The translations under genes and the position numbers were made by a program. This document shows positions 28,307 through 37,631 of a stretch of 64,000 nt of DNA, in pieces. The DNA comes from an uncultured bacterium (GTDB taxonomy: Bacteria; Muiribacteriota; Ozemobacteria; Ozemobacterales; Ozemobacteraceae): NCBI GenBank assembly GCA_964474705.1, contig CAYYUI010000002.1, positions 5-64,004 on the forward strand. Direction: 5' to 3'. The notes beneath the pieces are model-generated. The model was not told the origin of the DNA, made no database searches, and was given only the letters and a program-made list of their open reading frames with translations. Every line of letters begins with the position of its first letter. Position 1 is the first letter of the stretch.

Positions 28307-29512
28307 ATGCAGGCAACACCCCGTGGAATACGGCCTCATATAGCAATTTTCGGCCGGCGTAATGTGGGCAAGTCATCGTTGATCAATGCTCTGACCGACC
28401 AGGAGATAGCCCTGGTTTCAGCAACAGCCGGAACCACTGCTGATCCGGTTTACAAGAATATTGAACTGCTGCCTTTTGGCCCGGTGGTGCTTATCGATAC
28501 CGCCGGTCTCGACGATGTCGGAGATCTTGGTCGGCTCAGAGTCGAAGCCACCCTCAAGGTCATGAAAAAGACCGATCTGGCCCTGGTGGTGCTCGAACCG
28601 ACCGCAGGTCTTCATGCAACCGAAAAAGAACTGCTCGAGATGCTGAAGAAGCAGAAGGTGGCGTTTCTGACGGTCATGAACAAGTGCGAAACCGGCCCGG
28701 TTCCGCAGAGTCTCAAAGATGAAGTGGCCGCTTTCGGCGCTGAAATAATTCCGGTCAGTACAACGACCCGCGCCGGCATTCTCGAACTCAGATCGATTAA
28801 GATGCAGGAAGGCCTCAAAGGCTTCGATTCAGGAGTCATTCTCGGAGATCTTATCGCGCCGCGCGAAGTGGTGATACTGGTGACGCCGATCGATATTTCC
28901 GCTCCGAAAGGTCGATTGATTCTTCCACAGGTGCAGGCTTTGCGCGATCTTCTCGATGCCGATGCCATAACTCTGGTCGTCAAGGAAACCGAACTGAAGC
29001 CGGCTCTTGCGGTTTTGAGCCGGCCACCAGCTCTGGTGGTGACCGATTCGCAGGTGTTTTTCAAAGTGGCGGCCGATCTGCCTCCCGGTATTCCGTTCAC
29101 GAGCTTTTCGGTGGTATTCGCCCGCTACAAGGGCGACCTCAACGCTTATGTCGAAGGAGTAGCCGCTTTAAAGAAAAAGGGCGGTAATGCCCGGATTCTG
29201 ATTGCCGAGTCATGCACCCACCACCAGATGGAAGACGATATCGGCCGGGTCAAGATTCCGAAATGGGTCAGGCAGAAATACGGCGAAAGTGTGCAGTTCG
29301 ATTTCTGTCAGGGCGTCAGTTTTCCTGACGATCTGAAAAAGTATGATCTGGTCGTGCAATGCGGCGGCTGCATGACCAACCGTCGCGATATCATGGCTCG
29401 CATCGATGCCTGCCGGGCTGTCGGTGTGCCGATAACCAATTACGGTATTCTGATCGGGCATCTGCACGGAGTTCTCGAACAGGCATTGAAGCCTTTCAAC
29501 ATCAATCTGTAA
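28307..29512 (+). CDS. hydF: [FeFe]-hydrogenase H-cluster maturation GTPase HydF
   Basis: N-terminal GTPase (G1 GRRNVGKSSL, G3 DTAGLDD, NKCE). C-terminal HydF cluster-binding motifs ESCTHHQ...CGGC. The track's TTG at 28295 is upstream; the ATG at 28307 follows an AAAGG SD. Confidence 0.85.
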   Translation: MQATPRGIRPHIAIFGRRNVGKSSLINALTDQEIALVSATAGTTADPVYKNIELLPFGPVVLIDTAGLDDVGDLGRLRVEATLKVMKKTDLALVVLEPTAGLHATEKELLEMLKKQKVAFLTVMNKCETGPVPQSLKDEVAAFGAEIIPVSTTTRAGILELRSIKMQEGLKGFDSGVILGDLIAPREVVILVTPIDISAPKGRLILPQVQALRDLLDADAITLVVKETELKPALAVLSRPPALVVTDSQVFFKVAADLPPGIPFTSFSVVFARYKGDLNAYVEGVAALKKKGGNARILIAESCTHHQMEDDIGRVKIPKWVRQKYGESVQFDFCQGVSFPDDLKKYDLVVQCGGCMTNRRDIMARIDACRAVGVPITNYGILIGHLHGVLEQALKPFNINL

Positions 29513-29527
29513 AATTGTAAAAAGTAA

Positions 29528-29562
29528 GGGGCCCGTCGCAAGCTGCGAACGGGCCCCGTTTT
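29528..29562. terminator. bidirectional rho-independent terminator between convergent hydF and fabH
   Basis: ggggcccgt-(cgcaagctgcga)-acgggcccc is a GC-rich stem, flanked by an A tract on the left and GTTTT on the right. Confidence 0.55.
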
Positions 29563-29577
29563 ATGCGGTCGAAAAGA

Positions 29578-30591
29578 TCAGACTTTCGGGCTGGTGTAGC
29601 TTCCCCATCTGACCGGCATGATGCCATAGGTGAGGCCACCGCCGAAACCGACAAAAATGACGATATCGCCTTCCTCGATACGCCCTTCTTTCAGGGCTTC
29701 GTGCAGGGCGATCGGAATCGATGCGGCTACCGTGTTGCCGTAGCGTTCGATATTGATGTAGAACTTGTCGAGCGGGCAGTCGAAACGTTTGGCTGCCGAT
29801 TCGAGAATGCGGATGTTTGCCTGGTGCGGCACGATGAGCTTTACGTCTTCGAGGGTGATGTCGTTGCGTTTGAGAATTTCTTCGATCATGTCGCCGACAA
29901 TTTTCGTCGAGAACTTGAAAACTTCTTTGCCATTGATCTTGAGAAAATGATCGCCCTTCTGCACGCCTTCAATCGTTGGCCGGTAAGCTGAACCGCTCAT
30001 CGGTACAATGATATTTTCGGCACCACTGCCGATAGCCCCGAGCATGAAGTCGAAAGCGCCGGCGTCACCGGTAGCCGGAGTGAATATGGTCGCTCCGACA
30101 CCGTCTCCAAAGAGAACGCAGGAATTGCGGTCGGCAAAGTTGAGTATTCTGGTCGTCACATCGCCGCCGACTACGAGAACATTGTTGTACATTCCGGTGG
30201 CAATCATCTGGCAGGCAACTGTCGATGCGTAGACAAAGCCGGTACAGGCTGCCTGAAGATCGAAGGCGGCGGCTCGCAGGCAGCCGATTTTGTCCTGCAG
30301 GAGGCAGGCGGATGAAGGAACCTGGTAGTCAGGTGAAAAAGTGGCAAAAATGATCAGGTCAATATCTTCAGGTTTGAGGCCGGCATTTTCAATAGCCTGC
30401 AGACAGGCTGGAACGGCGAGATCGACCATGGTGCCACCCTCTTCGATCTGGTGACGTTTTTTGATGCCGGTGCGGGTAATGATCCATTCATCTGTAGTGT
30501 CAACCATTTTCTCGAGGTCGAAATTGGTTAATACTTTGTCGGGCACGCTGAATCCAGTGCCTGAGATCACAGCTTTTCTTAGTGATTTCAT
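29578..30591 (-). CDS. fabH: 3-oxoacyl-ACP synthase III (KAS III)
   Basis: N-terminus AVISGTGFSVPDKVLTNFDLEKMVDTTDEWIITRTGIKKRH plus the catalytic Cys region (ACTGFVYA) and the His/Asn region (VPHQANIRI). AAGGAG SD 6 nt before the ATG at 30591. The track's start at 30621 is too long. Confidence 0.85.
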   Translation of the reverse strand: MKSLRKAVISGTGFSVPDKVLTNFDLEKMVDTTDEWIITRTGIKKRHQIEEGGTMVDLAVPACLQAIENAGLKPEDIDLIIFATFSPDYQVPSSACLLQDKIGCLRAAAFDLQAACTGFVYASTVACQMIATGMYNNVLVVGGDVTTRILNFADRNSCVLFGDGVGATIFTPATGDAGAFDFMLGAIGSGAENIIVPMSGSAYRPTIEGVQKGDHFLKINGKEVFKFSTKIVGDMIEEILKRNDITLEDVKLIVPHQANIRILESAAKRFDCPLDKFYINIERYGNTVAASIPIALHEALKEGRIEEGDIVIFVGFGGGLTYGIMPVRWGSYTSPKV

Positions 30592-30653
30592 GTGACTCCT
30601 TAAGGGTGCAGAAGCTCGCAAATATTACTTGATTATTCCCTGCAAGTCAAGGT

Positions 30654-33600
30654 TTATGACTCCTGCAGATTATGGCTGGTCAGGGTCTCTCCGTGCAGGG
30701 TTATCGAGCCCTGATCAGATTTGACACAGCCGGTGATTTCGACTACCGAGGAATGGTCGAGCAGCTGGCGGCATTTTTCCCAGGCGCGCGGGAACATTAC
30801 CACCTCGATCAGCCCGGTGCGATCTTCGAGGGTTAAAAATTTCATTCTTTCGTTTCTGGAAGTGGTAACCGACTTGGCCGCTATGAGCAGGCCGTAGATT
30901 TTGACCTTCTTTCCTGTCATGGTCGGCAGTTTTTCCGCCGGGCAGAAATTTATCGGTGGTTTAATGAGTTCAAGCGGGTGACCGGAAACGCTGAAACCCA
31001 TGGAACGGATCTCGGCTGCGATATTTTCAGCGCGCGTTTCCGTTTTCATTGCCATTGGAGGCAGGGCAGGGGAGGGTTCGCTGAACAGACTGCCTGTGTT
31101 CGTCAGTTTTGCCTGCCAGCGGAGAGCGGCTCTGGAACCGAAACAGTGCAGGGCGCCGCTGTCGGTCATGGCTTCTAGCTCGTCGGCAGCAGGTCTGGTT
31201 CTGGCGATGAAATCGGCAAACGAGGCAAAAGCCGTCTTACTTCGTTCGGAAATGATTCGGGCGATGGTTGCCTGTTTGAGCCCGTTGATGAAACCAAGAC
31301 CTGTGAGAATCTGCCCGTTTTTCCAGGTGAATTCTGTCTCGCTGTGGCTGATTTCAGGTGGCAATGTCTGCAGGCCAAGGCGGCGGGCTTCGGAAATATA
31401 AGCCTGCAGTCCGTAGAAACCGCCGCGATTGTTGATTACCGCTGCCATGAAGGGCCCGGGAAAATGCACCTTGAACCAGAGAAGTTCCATTGACAGAACC
31501 GCGTAGGCGGCGCTGTGTGCCTTGCAGAAAGCATAGCCGCAGAAACTGTCGATCTGACGCCAGATTTCGCCTGCAGTTGCAGCTGGAATGTTTCTGACGG
31601 CAGCTCCGTCGAGAAATCGCTGCCTGGTTGCCGCCATCCGGTCATGACTGCGTTCCTTACCGCTCATGGCGCGGCGCAGCACATCGGCTTCCGCAAGAGA
31701 AAAGCCGGCGATATGGTGGGCAACCTTCATGACGTCTTCCTGGTAGACCATGACTCCATATGTTTCGGCAAGCAGTTCTCCCATTATCGGGTGAAGGGGT
31801 TGCCAGCTGCCATGATGATGACGCCTGATGTATTCCTGCATCATGCCGCTTTCGGCCACGCCAGGTCTGATTATCGAACTGGCGGCCACCAGGCCGAGGT
31901 AGGTTCTGCAGCCAAGTTTTTGCAGCAGACCGCGCATGCCGGGTGATTCAATATAGAAAACTCCCATCGTTCGCCCGTCAGCGAGTGCCGAGGCAATCTG
32001 CGGGTCATTTTCTATCAGTTCAGGATCTGACGGTGGCATCGTGATTGCAGGAGCGCAGCCCGAGAATCGACCGCTTCCAGTTGATATTTCGGAACGATCG
32101 TCGGAGTTTGCTGCCGCTGCCAGGTCAGAATAGACGCCAAGCGACCGCTGCGAAAGCAGGTCCAGTTTTACGAGACCGAATCTCTCGATGCCGCGCATTT
32201 CCAGCTGAGTAATCGGCAGAGCTTTGCTCGATGGCATGGTGGGTGTGAATTCATGTATGCTGCCAGGCGCAATAACGATGCCGCCGGCATGAATGGAAAA
32301 ATGGGTTGGAATGCCCTCGATCTGCGCTGCGAGTTTGAACAGCGGGTTGAGGATTTTCCTGCGCTCGTCTGGCATTTTGAAGCGGGCCCCTCGCTCCGGA
32401 TCTGCAAGAAACTGTGCCAGAGAAGAATGCCCGATAAGCGCGGTCGCGGCGTCGAGGTCGGCCTTTTTTATTCCGAGAGTTTTGCCGGTTTCGCGCAGGG
32501 CGGCCCGACCGCGCAGACTGATGTGAGTGCAGATCATGGCAACCTTGTCACTGCCCCAGCGTTCGAGAAGATGCTGGTAGATCTGGTCGCGGATGCGCCA
32601 TGAAAAATCGAGATCGACATCGGGCGGTGATTTTCTGGCTGAATTGAGAAACCGTTCGAAGTAGAGGTTGTATTTGAGCGGGTCTACCTGGGTAAAATCA
32701 AGTGCATAGCTGATCAGACTGTTGGCGGCCGAACCGCGGCCGAGCACCCGGTGGCCGAGTTCGCGCGCCTTGATGGTGATGTCGTTGACGACGAGAAAAT
32801 AGTCAGCGAAGCCAAGCTTTTCGATGACTTCGAGTTCACCGGCAAAGCGGTTCTCTATTTCTGAATTCAGCTTGCCGTAACGGCGTTGCAGGCCCTCGGA
32901 AGCCAACTGGCGCAACAGGCGCACCGATTCGGCACTGTTTGGGCAGAATTGCGGCATATGCAACCTGCCTTCGCCTGGAATCCAGGTCGGTTGTGAGCAG
33001 AATTTCCGGTTTTCAGCTGCGGCTTCCGGGAAGCGGGCGGCCATATCGGCGCATCTTTTCAACTCAACCGGCATTGCCGATTCTTCAGTCGGAACATCAT
33101 TCAACAGGGCCCCGGAATCAATAGCTCTTATCAGGCGGTTCAGGCTGAGATCGTCGGTTGTGGTCGCGGTCAGATGGGGGGCGATGATCATCGGCAGGTT
33201 ATGGTGACGGGCAAGAGAAGCTGTTTCCTCATGTCTGGCGAGCGAAAGGCTGTCTTCAAGAGCGAGAAAGCACTTCCAGCCGGTGGAGATCAGAAGGGCG
33301 GTAAGCTCCCGGTCGATATGGCCGCCGATAACGATTCGCCCGCTTCCCTTTATTTTGAGCCAGATGGCAGGATCGGGACTGAAACCGGCTGTTTGTCCCC
33401 GCAGGTGGTGGTAGTGCGAAATGGAAGCGTTCAGGCTGGTAAAGGCCTGGTGATCGTCGGGATAAAACCTCAGGCTGGTTCGGCCGGCCGTTACGCAGGA
33501 GACGCCGACAAGAAGAGATAATTCGAGGTTTTGGGTAGCGGAAAGGGCTTCTGGAAGCCCTGCCAGCGACATTATGTCGGTAAGCGGCAGGGTGGCGAGT

Positions 33601-33698
33601 CCCGCGGTCTTCAAGGCTGCAGCCATTTTTGCGGGAGTGACCGCCCCATGGCCAAAACTGTAGCAGCTCGAAAAAGATATTGGACTAATCAGAATCAT
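30654..33698 (-). CDS. dnaE2: DNA polymerase III alpha-subunit family, DnaE2/ImuC-like (error-prone type) with degenerate PHP domain
   Basis: 1014 aa, which is shorter than replicative DnaE1. Polymerase core motifs are present (GYAFCKAHSAAYAVLSMELLWFKVHFPGPFMAAV). The N-terminal PHP metal ligands are replaced (ISPISFSSCYSFGHG instead of HxHSxYS), as in ImuC. Confidence 0.7.
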   Translation of the reverse strand: MILISPISFSSCYSFGHGAVTPAKMAAALKTAGLATLPLTDIMSLAGLPEALSATQNLELSLLVGVSCVTAGRTSLRFYPDDHQAFTSLNASISHYHHLRGQTAGFSPDPAIWLKIKGSGRIVIGGHIDRELTALLISTGWKCFLALEDSLSLARHEETASLARHHNLPMIIAPHLTATTTDDLSLNRLIRAIDSGALLNDVPTEESAMPVELKRCADMAARFPEAAAENRKFCSQPTWIPGEGRLHMPQFCPNSAESVRLLRQLASEGLQRRYGKLNSEIENRFAGELEVIEKLGFADYFLVVNDITIKARELGHRVLGRGSAANSLISYALDFTQVDPLKYNLYFERFLNSARKSPPDVDLDFSWRIRDQIYQHLLERWGSDKVAMICTHISLRGRAALRETGKTLGIKKADLDAATALIGHSSLAQFLADPERGARFKMPDERRKILNPLFKLAAQIEGIPTHFSIHAGGIVIAPGSIHEFTPTMPSSKALPITQLEMRGIERFGLVKLDLLSQRSLGVYSDLAAAANSDDRSEISTGSGRFSGCAPAITMPPSDPELIENDPQIASALADGRTMGVFYIESPGMRGLLQKLGCRTYLGLVAASSIIRPGVAESGMMQEYIRRHHHGSWQPLHPIMGELLAETYGVMVYQEDVMKVAHHIAGFSLAEADVLRRAMSGKERSHDRMAATRQRFLDGAAVRNIPAATAGEIWRQIDSFCGYAFCKAHSAAYAVLSMELLWFKVHFPGPFMAAVINNRGGFYGLQAYISEARRLGLQTLPPEISHSETEFTWKNGQILTGLGFINGLKQATIARIISERSKTAFASFADFIARTRPAADELEAMTDSGALHCFGSRAALRWQAKLTNTGSLFSEPSPALPPMAMKTETRAENIAAEIRSMGFSVSGHPLELIKPPINFCPAEKLPTMTGKKVKIYGLLIAAKSVTTSRNERMKFLTLEDRTGLIEVVMFPRAWEKCRQLLDHSSVVEITGCVKSDQGSITLHGETLTSHNLQES

Positions 33699-33911
33699 GG
33701 GAATATAATAAAATAATCAGGGAAAAAAAAGAACCGGGTACATTAAGTACACCGGCCTGAAAAATAGGAGGCAAACAAATCCAGGGTCTTTTTCGACACA
33801 TGTTGCATAATATTTAACTATTTTTGTAACGAACGGGTGGAGCTTTACGTATGTAGAGTAGAACAGTGCAGAACCGCCCTTTTATGGTTTAAATAGCGAG
33901 AAATTATTCCT

Positions 33912-35261
33912 TTGGAGGGAAATATGAAAAAACTTACCGGTTTTCTGATGGTTGTTGCGGTGCTTTTCTCTTTTGCAGTGATGATCACTGCTGAAGAAAC
34001 CGCAACCTCGACCGAGACTGCGACCACAACCGCAACTGGCACTGAAACGACAGCTGCCGCTCCTGAAGAAAAACCAATTCCAGATAATGCCGATATGACC
34101 CTTGGCATGCAGTCACAGGACAATGTCATGCCTGCCACTTTCCGTGGCGGCGACCCCGACAACAGCCTCGTTCACTGCCTTGAAGACGTCTATTACGAAA
34201 AGCAGGAACATTCTCTGATCTACAAAGAAGACGCCAGTGAACTCAAAGAAGGCGCCAAATTTGAAACCGACCCCAATATCACCTGGGATACCAAAGTCAA
34301 AGATGCCGATGGTAACTGGAAGACCCTGCAGAGTGCCAATACCAACGTCGCCAGAGACGGCGGTTATTTCTATGCTCCAGGCGAATACCAGATCGGCAAC
34401 AGTGGTGCCCGTCAGGTTGGTGCCAGCACTGCCGGTGCTGACAATGTCGGCGAAGGCGATGATCCGACCGATGACGAAGAAGCTGCCGGTGGCGACAAGA
34501 CCGATACCGCTCTGGTCGGTGCAGACGGCAAAACCGAAGCCGAAACCAAAACCGTTACTGCTCAGCAGTCAATGGGTGTTCAGGTTCACGACGTTACCTC
34601 TCCTGACCTGTGGGTAGCCTTCCAGGAAGGCGCCGGCACTGTAGACATGGCCGCCACCGAACAGGAACTCAAGAACAAAATGATGGAAAAGATCGTTTCC
34701 ACTCTTGGCCGCCCGTTCTCGACCAAAGGCGAAGACTATGAAGAAGCCAGCTACATGTTTATCGACGAAGGCGATGAAGGCGAACGCGATCTTGAACCTT
34801 TCAAGAAAACCGCAAGACTGTCAGTTGCCGGTGCTCTGTTCAACGAACGCGGCGCTCCCAAATTTGAAACCAAGACTGTTGAATCCAAGACTCTCGACAA
34901 AGAAGCCATGACCCGCCAGGTTCATGTCTCCGGCGGCGACAACAGCGCTCTCAAGGGCGTTTTCGTCAGACGCAACGTTCCGTTCATTTTTGCCTCCATG
35001 GCTATCGACAATGGCGACCTGCGCGCCTCAGCCGGCGAAGTTGCCTGCAGAATCGAAAAAGCCGACGGCACTGAAGTTGAAAAAGAAGGTAACAGCTACC
35101 TGTTCCGCGTTCCGAACTTTCCTCGCGACAACTATGCTGACCAGCCCGAATATTTCTTCGTCGCCAAGGGCAGCGACAAATCAGGTAACCTCACTACCGT
35201 AAGAACTCCTCTCTATATCGTTAACACTCAGGCAGCCTTCGAGGGCGGCAGCAACCAGTAA
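33912..35261 (+). CDS. secreted acidic Thr/Ala-rich protein
   Basis: Signal peptide LTGFLMVVAVLFSFAVMITA. A TETATTTATGTETT low-complexity tract, then an acidic globular region. GGAGGG SD. Confidence 0.55.
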   Translation: MEGNMKKLTGFLMVVAVLFSFAVMITAEETATSTETATTTATGTETTAAAPEEKPIPDNADMTLGMQSQDNVMPATFRGGDPDNSLVHCLEDVYYEKQEHSLIYKEDASELKEGAKFETDPNITWDTKVKDADGNWKTLQSANTNVARDGGYFYAPGEYQIGNSGARQVGASTAGADNVGEGDDPTDDEEAAGGDKTDTALVGADGKTEAETKTVTAQQSMGVQVHDVTSPDLWVAFQEGAGTVDMAATEQELKNKMMEKIVSTLGRPFSTKGEDYEEASYMFIDEGDEGERDLEPFKKTARLSVAGALFNERGAPKFETKTVESKTLDKEAMTRQVHVSGGDNSALKGVFVRRNVPFIFASMAIDNGDLRASAGEVACRIEKADGTEVEKEGNSYLFRVPNFPRDNYADQPEYFFVAKGSDKSGNLTTVRTPLYIVNTQAAFEGGSNQ

Positions 35262-35277
35262 GGCTACAGCCCAAGTC

Positions 35278-36303
35278 ATGAAAAAATTCCTGATAAATGC
35301 TGTTGCCGCTGTTATGGTAATCGGTTCGATGGTATCAGCTCAGGAGCCCCAGACAGGGGCTCCTGCCGCTGCTTCTGAGAATCTTGAAAAAACTCCCTGG
35401 CTGAAGGGTGTCACAATCAGTCCTTATCCGGTTGACCTCAGTCCGGTTCTGCCGCTGAAAATTTCCGCTGATAATGGTGAGCCACTTGCTGCCACGATGA
35501 CCGAAGATATGCCGTTTATGGTTCAAGCCGATACGGCTATTTTTGAGGATGCACCGCCGGCAGAATACAAAGGACAGCCTATTCCCAACCCCCGCTGGGA
35601 AGAAAACCCAGCTGTATCCTGGTTCTTCATCGACTGGGAGAAAAACAAAAATCACATGGCATCGGTTTCTCAGCCTCTGGCGCTTAACCAGATGGTTGTA
35701 ATCCCGACCATGCCGACCGGAAAGGGTGCAGTCACCTGCCACATTGCCCGCAAGATGCGCTACGATCTCGCTGAACCCGGACGCACCAAGTCGACCTACG
35801 CAAACTCAAGCGGCGCAAAAGATGTGAGAGTTCTCGATATCACTCCTCCGTTGTGCGGTCTCGAAATTTCGATCGAAAACGGTGGTTCCGGCGCCTGCTG
35901 GCCGGTCGAAAACCCGCCCGACAAATATCCGCTTCCGAAACAGGCCGATGTTTATCTGAATGGCTCGTTGTTTAACGCCATTGATCAGGATATCGTGGTT
36001 TCCGGGCTGGAGCTTGGCGGCAACATGGTTATTCCTGCCGAACAGGCTGCCCTGAGTGTTTCTGCCCAGGATAAACTTCACATCAAGGTTATCGGTGGCG
36101 ACAACTACAAGCTCGATAACGCTAAACTCAAATACGGTATCTGCAATGGCGCCGGCGGTGAACCGGCCCCGGCAGGTCCGGTGAACGAAGAGACTCTTGA
36201 CCTGAGCAAGCTCAAGCTTCCTGAAGCGCCGTATCTGTATCTTGACGCCACAGATGTAGCCGGCAACCGTCAGGTGATGTACATTGCGATCAAAGTGAAA
36301 TGA
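35278..36303 (+). CDS. secreted hypothetical protein
   Basis: Signal peptide LINAVAAVMVIGSMVSAQ. Its start is 17 nt after the upstream gene, so the two are probably cotranscribed. Confidence 0.55.
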   Translation: MKKFLINAVAAVMVIGSMVSAQEPQTGAPAAASENLEKTPWLKGVTISPYPVDLSPVLPLKISADNGEPLAATMTEDMPFMVQADTAIFEDAPPAEYKGQPIPNPRWEENPAVSWFFIDWEKNKNHMASVSQPLALNQMVVIPTMPTGKGAVTCHIARKMRYDLAEPGRTKSTYANSSGAKDVRVLDITPPLCGLEISIENGGSGACWPVENPPDKYPLPKQADVYLNGSLFNAIDQDIVVSGLELGGNMVIPAEQAALSVSAQDKLHIKVIGGDNYKLDNAKLKYGICNGAGGEPAPAGPVNEETLDLSKLKLPEAPYLYLDATDVAGNRQVMYIAIKVK

Positions 36304-36325
36304 CCTGACCGTCTGAAGTTGCAAA

Positions 36326-36366
36326 GAAGCCAGGAGAGCGTGCTCCTCTGGCTTCTTATTTTATTT
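36326..36366 (+). terminator. putative rho-independent terminator
   Basis: gaagccagg-agagcgtgc-tcctctggcttc stem followed by TTATTTTATTT. Confidence 0.45.
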
Positions 36367-36413
36367 CTGTGCTTTGCCTGCGGTGTGTGTTATTCTATAA
36401 ATGAAAGACACGA

Positions 36414-37094
36414 ATGATGAAGATGATCAGGCATAAAAGAAAAGATGGCATCACCTTTGTCGAGGTAATGCTTGCATTTCTAATTCTCGGGCTGCTTTTT
36501 CTGCCGGTTTTCTTTTTTCTGACCGGCGCGGTTCGTGATACCGAGAAATTTTACACCGAAACCGTCGCGATTTCGCGGGCAAAATTCATCATGGATTCAC
36601 TGATGTTCCAGTTTCCATGGTGGTCTATCAAGGCAGGCAATCCCTGCGAGTTCACTTCATACAACAGTGTTACCAAAAAATCTGTGAATGGGGTCAGTTC
36701 ACTGCTCGATAAAGCCATACCGGCAATGCTTGGTCAGGATGGCGAACCGGCTGAAATGCTGAAGATTTCCGCCAGCCCGCTCAAATACAGAGGTGAAGGT
36801 CTGTACCGATGTCGCAAAGGCTTTCTCTTCAGAGCCCGTGTTAAGGTTGTCGATCTCGATTACGATTCGACCTCGGCCAATCCGGTCATGTTCTCGATTC
36901 CGATCCCGGGTTCGCCGAACAAGCATGAGTTTCAGATCAACCAGCTTGTCTCGAAGCGTGATGATAAGTTCAATCTGATCAAAAAGATCATCGTTCAGGT
37001 CAAATGGTCAAATAACAAGGGCAAAGATCCAAAAGACGACAAGGGAGCGAAAAGCATTTTTCTTGTTGCCTTCAAATCTGATCTGGAAGGTTGA
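36414..37094 (+). CDS. pseudopilin-like protein (prepilin-type N-terminal motif)
   Basis: N-terminus KDGITFVEVMLAFLILGLLFLPVFFFL matches the class III signal / N-methylation motif (G|FTxxE + hydrophobic helix). Confidence 0.6.
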   Translation: MMKMIRHKRKDGITFVEVMLAFLILGLLFLPVFFFLTGAVRDTEKFYTETVAISRAKFIMDSLMFQFPWWSIKAGNPCEFTSYNSVTKKSVNGVSSLLDKAIPAMLGQDGEPAEMLKISASPLKYRGEGLYRCRKGFLFRARVKVVDLDYDSTSANPVMFSIPIPGSPNKHEFQINQLVSKRDDKFNLIKKIIVQVKWSNNKGKDPKDDKGAKSIFLVAFKSDLEG

Positions 37095-37097
37095 AGC

Positions 37098-37631
37098 ATG
37101 AAAAGACATGGCGTAGCAATAGTTGTGGTGCTGTTTTTCGCGTTTTCAATCGCGATAATTCTATTTTTCATGCTTCACTCGAATACCAATCTGGCCTATC
37201 AGAACAAGCAGACGCTCTATCAGATGCAGGCTTATTACCTGGCACATTCGGCCATGCAGCACGCTAAACTGCAGCTGCGCCTGCTTCCGAAAGAAACCTA
37301 CGAATTTTTCGCCAAGAATGGTACAGGCAATCCTTATGCCGACATCGACAGCTCCAACTATCCTCCGACCGCCATGGGGGTTTTCAGCAATAAAAATGCC
37401 GGTTATGACCTGTTCAAACCCGACAAATGCAGTGACGAAAAGTTTCCCTACGGCGGAAAATACCATGTTGAAACTCTTGAGCTACAGGGCTCGCACGACC
37501 GGATGAAAATGGTTCAGGATGGCTACAAAGTGGTGGTCAAGGCTGAAATTGACGGCGGTCGCGGCAAAACCTTCTCTGAAGAGCTGGCCGAAGAAATGAT
37601 CGTATCGCGATACACAGGGGGCCTCAAATGA
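37098..37631 (+). CDS. membrane-anchored pseudopilin-like protein (GspK/I-like N-terminus)
   Basis: N-terminus RHGVAIVVVLFFAFSIAIILFFM with no Glu at +5, as in GspK-type minor pseudopilins. Tightly linked to the flanking pseudopilin genes. Confidence 0.45.
   Translation: MKRHGVAIVVVLFFAFSIAIILFFMLHSNTNLAYQNKQTLYQMQAYYLAHSAMQHAKLQLRLLPKETYEFFAKNGTGNPYADIDSSNYPPTAMGVFSNKNAGYDLFKPDKCSDEKFPYGGKYHVETLELQGSHDRMKMVQDGYKVVVKAEIDGGRGKTFSEELAEEMIVSRYTGGLK

Noticed and set aside
30654-33911. LexA/SOS box upstream of dnaE2 and shared with recN/recG
   Set aside because: I looked for CTGT-N8-ACAG, GAAC-N4-GTTC and GGTT-N9-ACC style palindromes upstream of dnaE2 (33699..33911). I found only a loose GTAC-N5-GTAC element. 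Without knowing the clade's LexA motif I cannot call one.
33845-34162. 105-aa reverse ORF overlapping the start of the secreted Thr-rich protein
   Set aside because: It is the antisense shadow of a well-supported signal-peptide gene and would leave dnaE2 without a promoter region.
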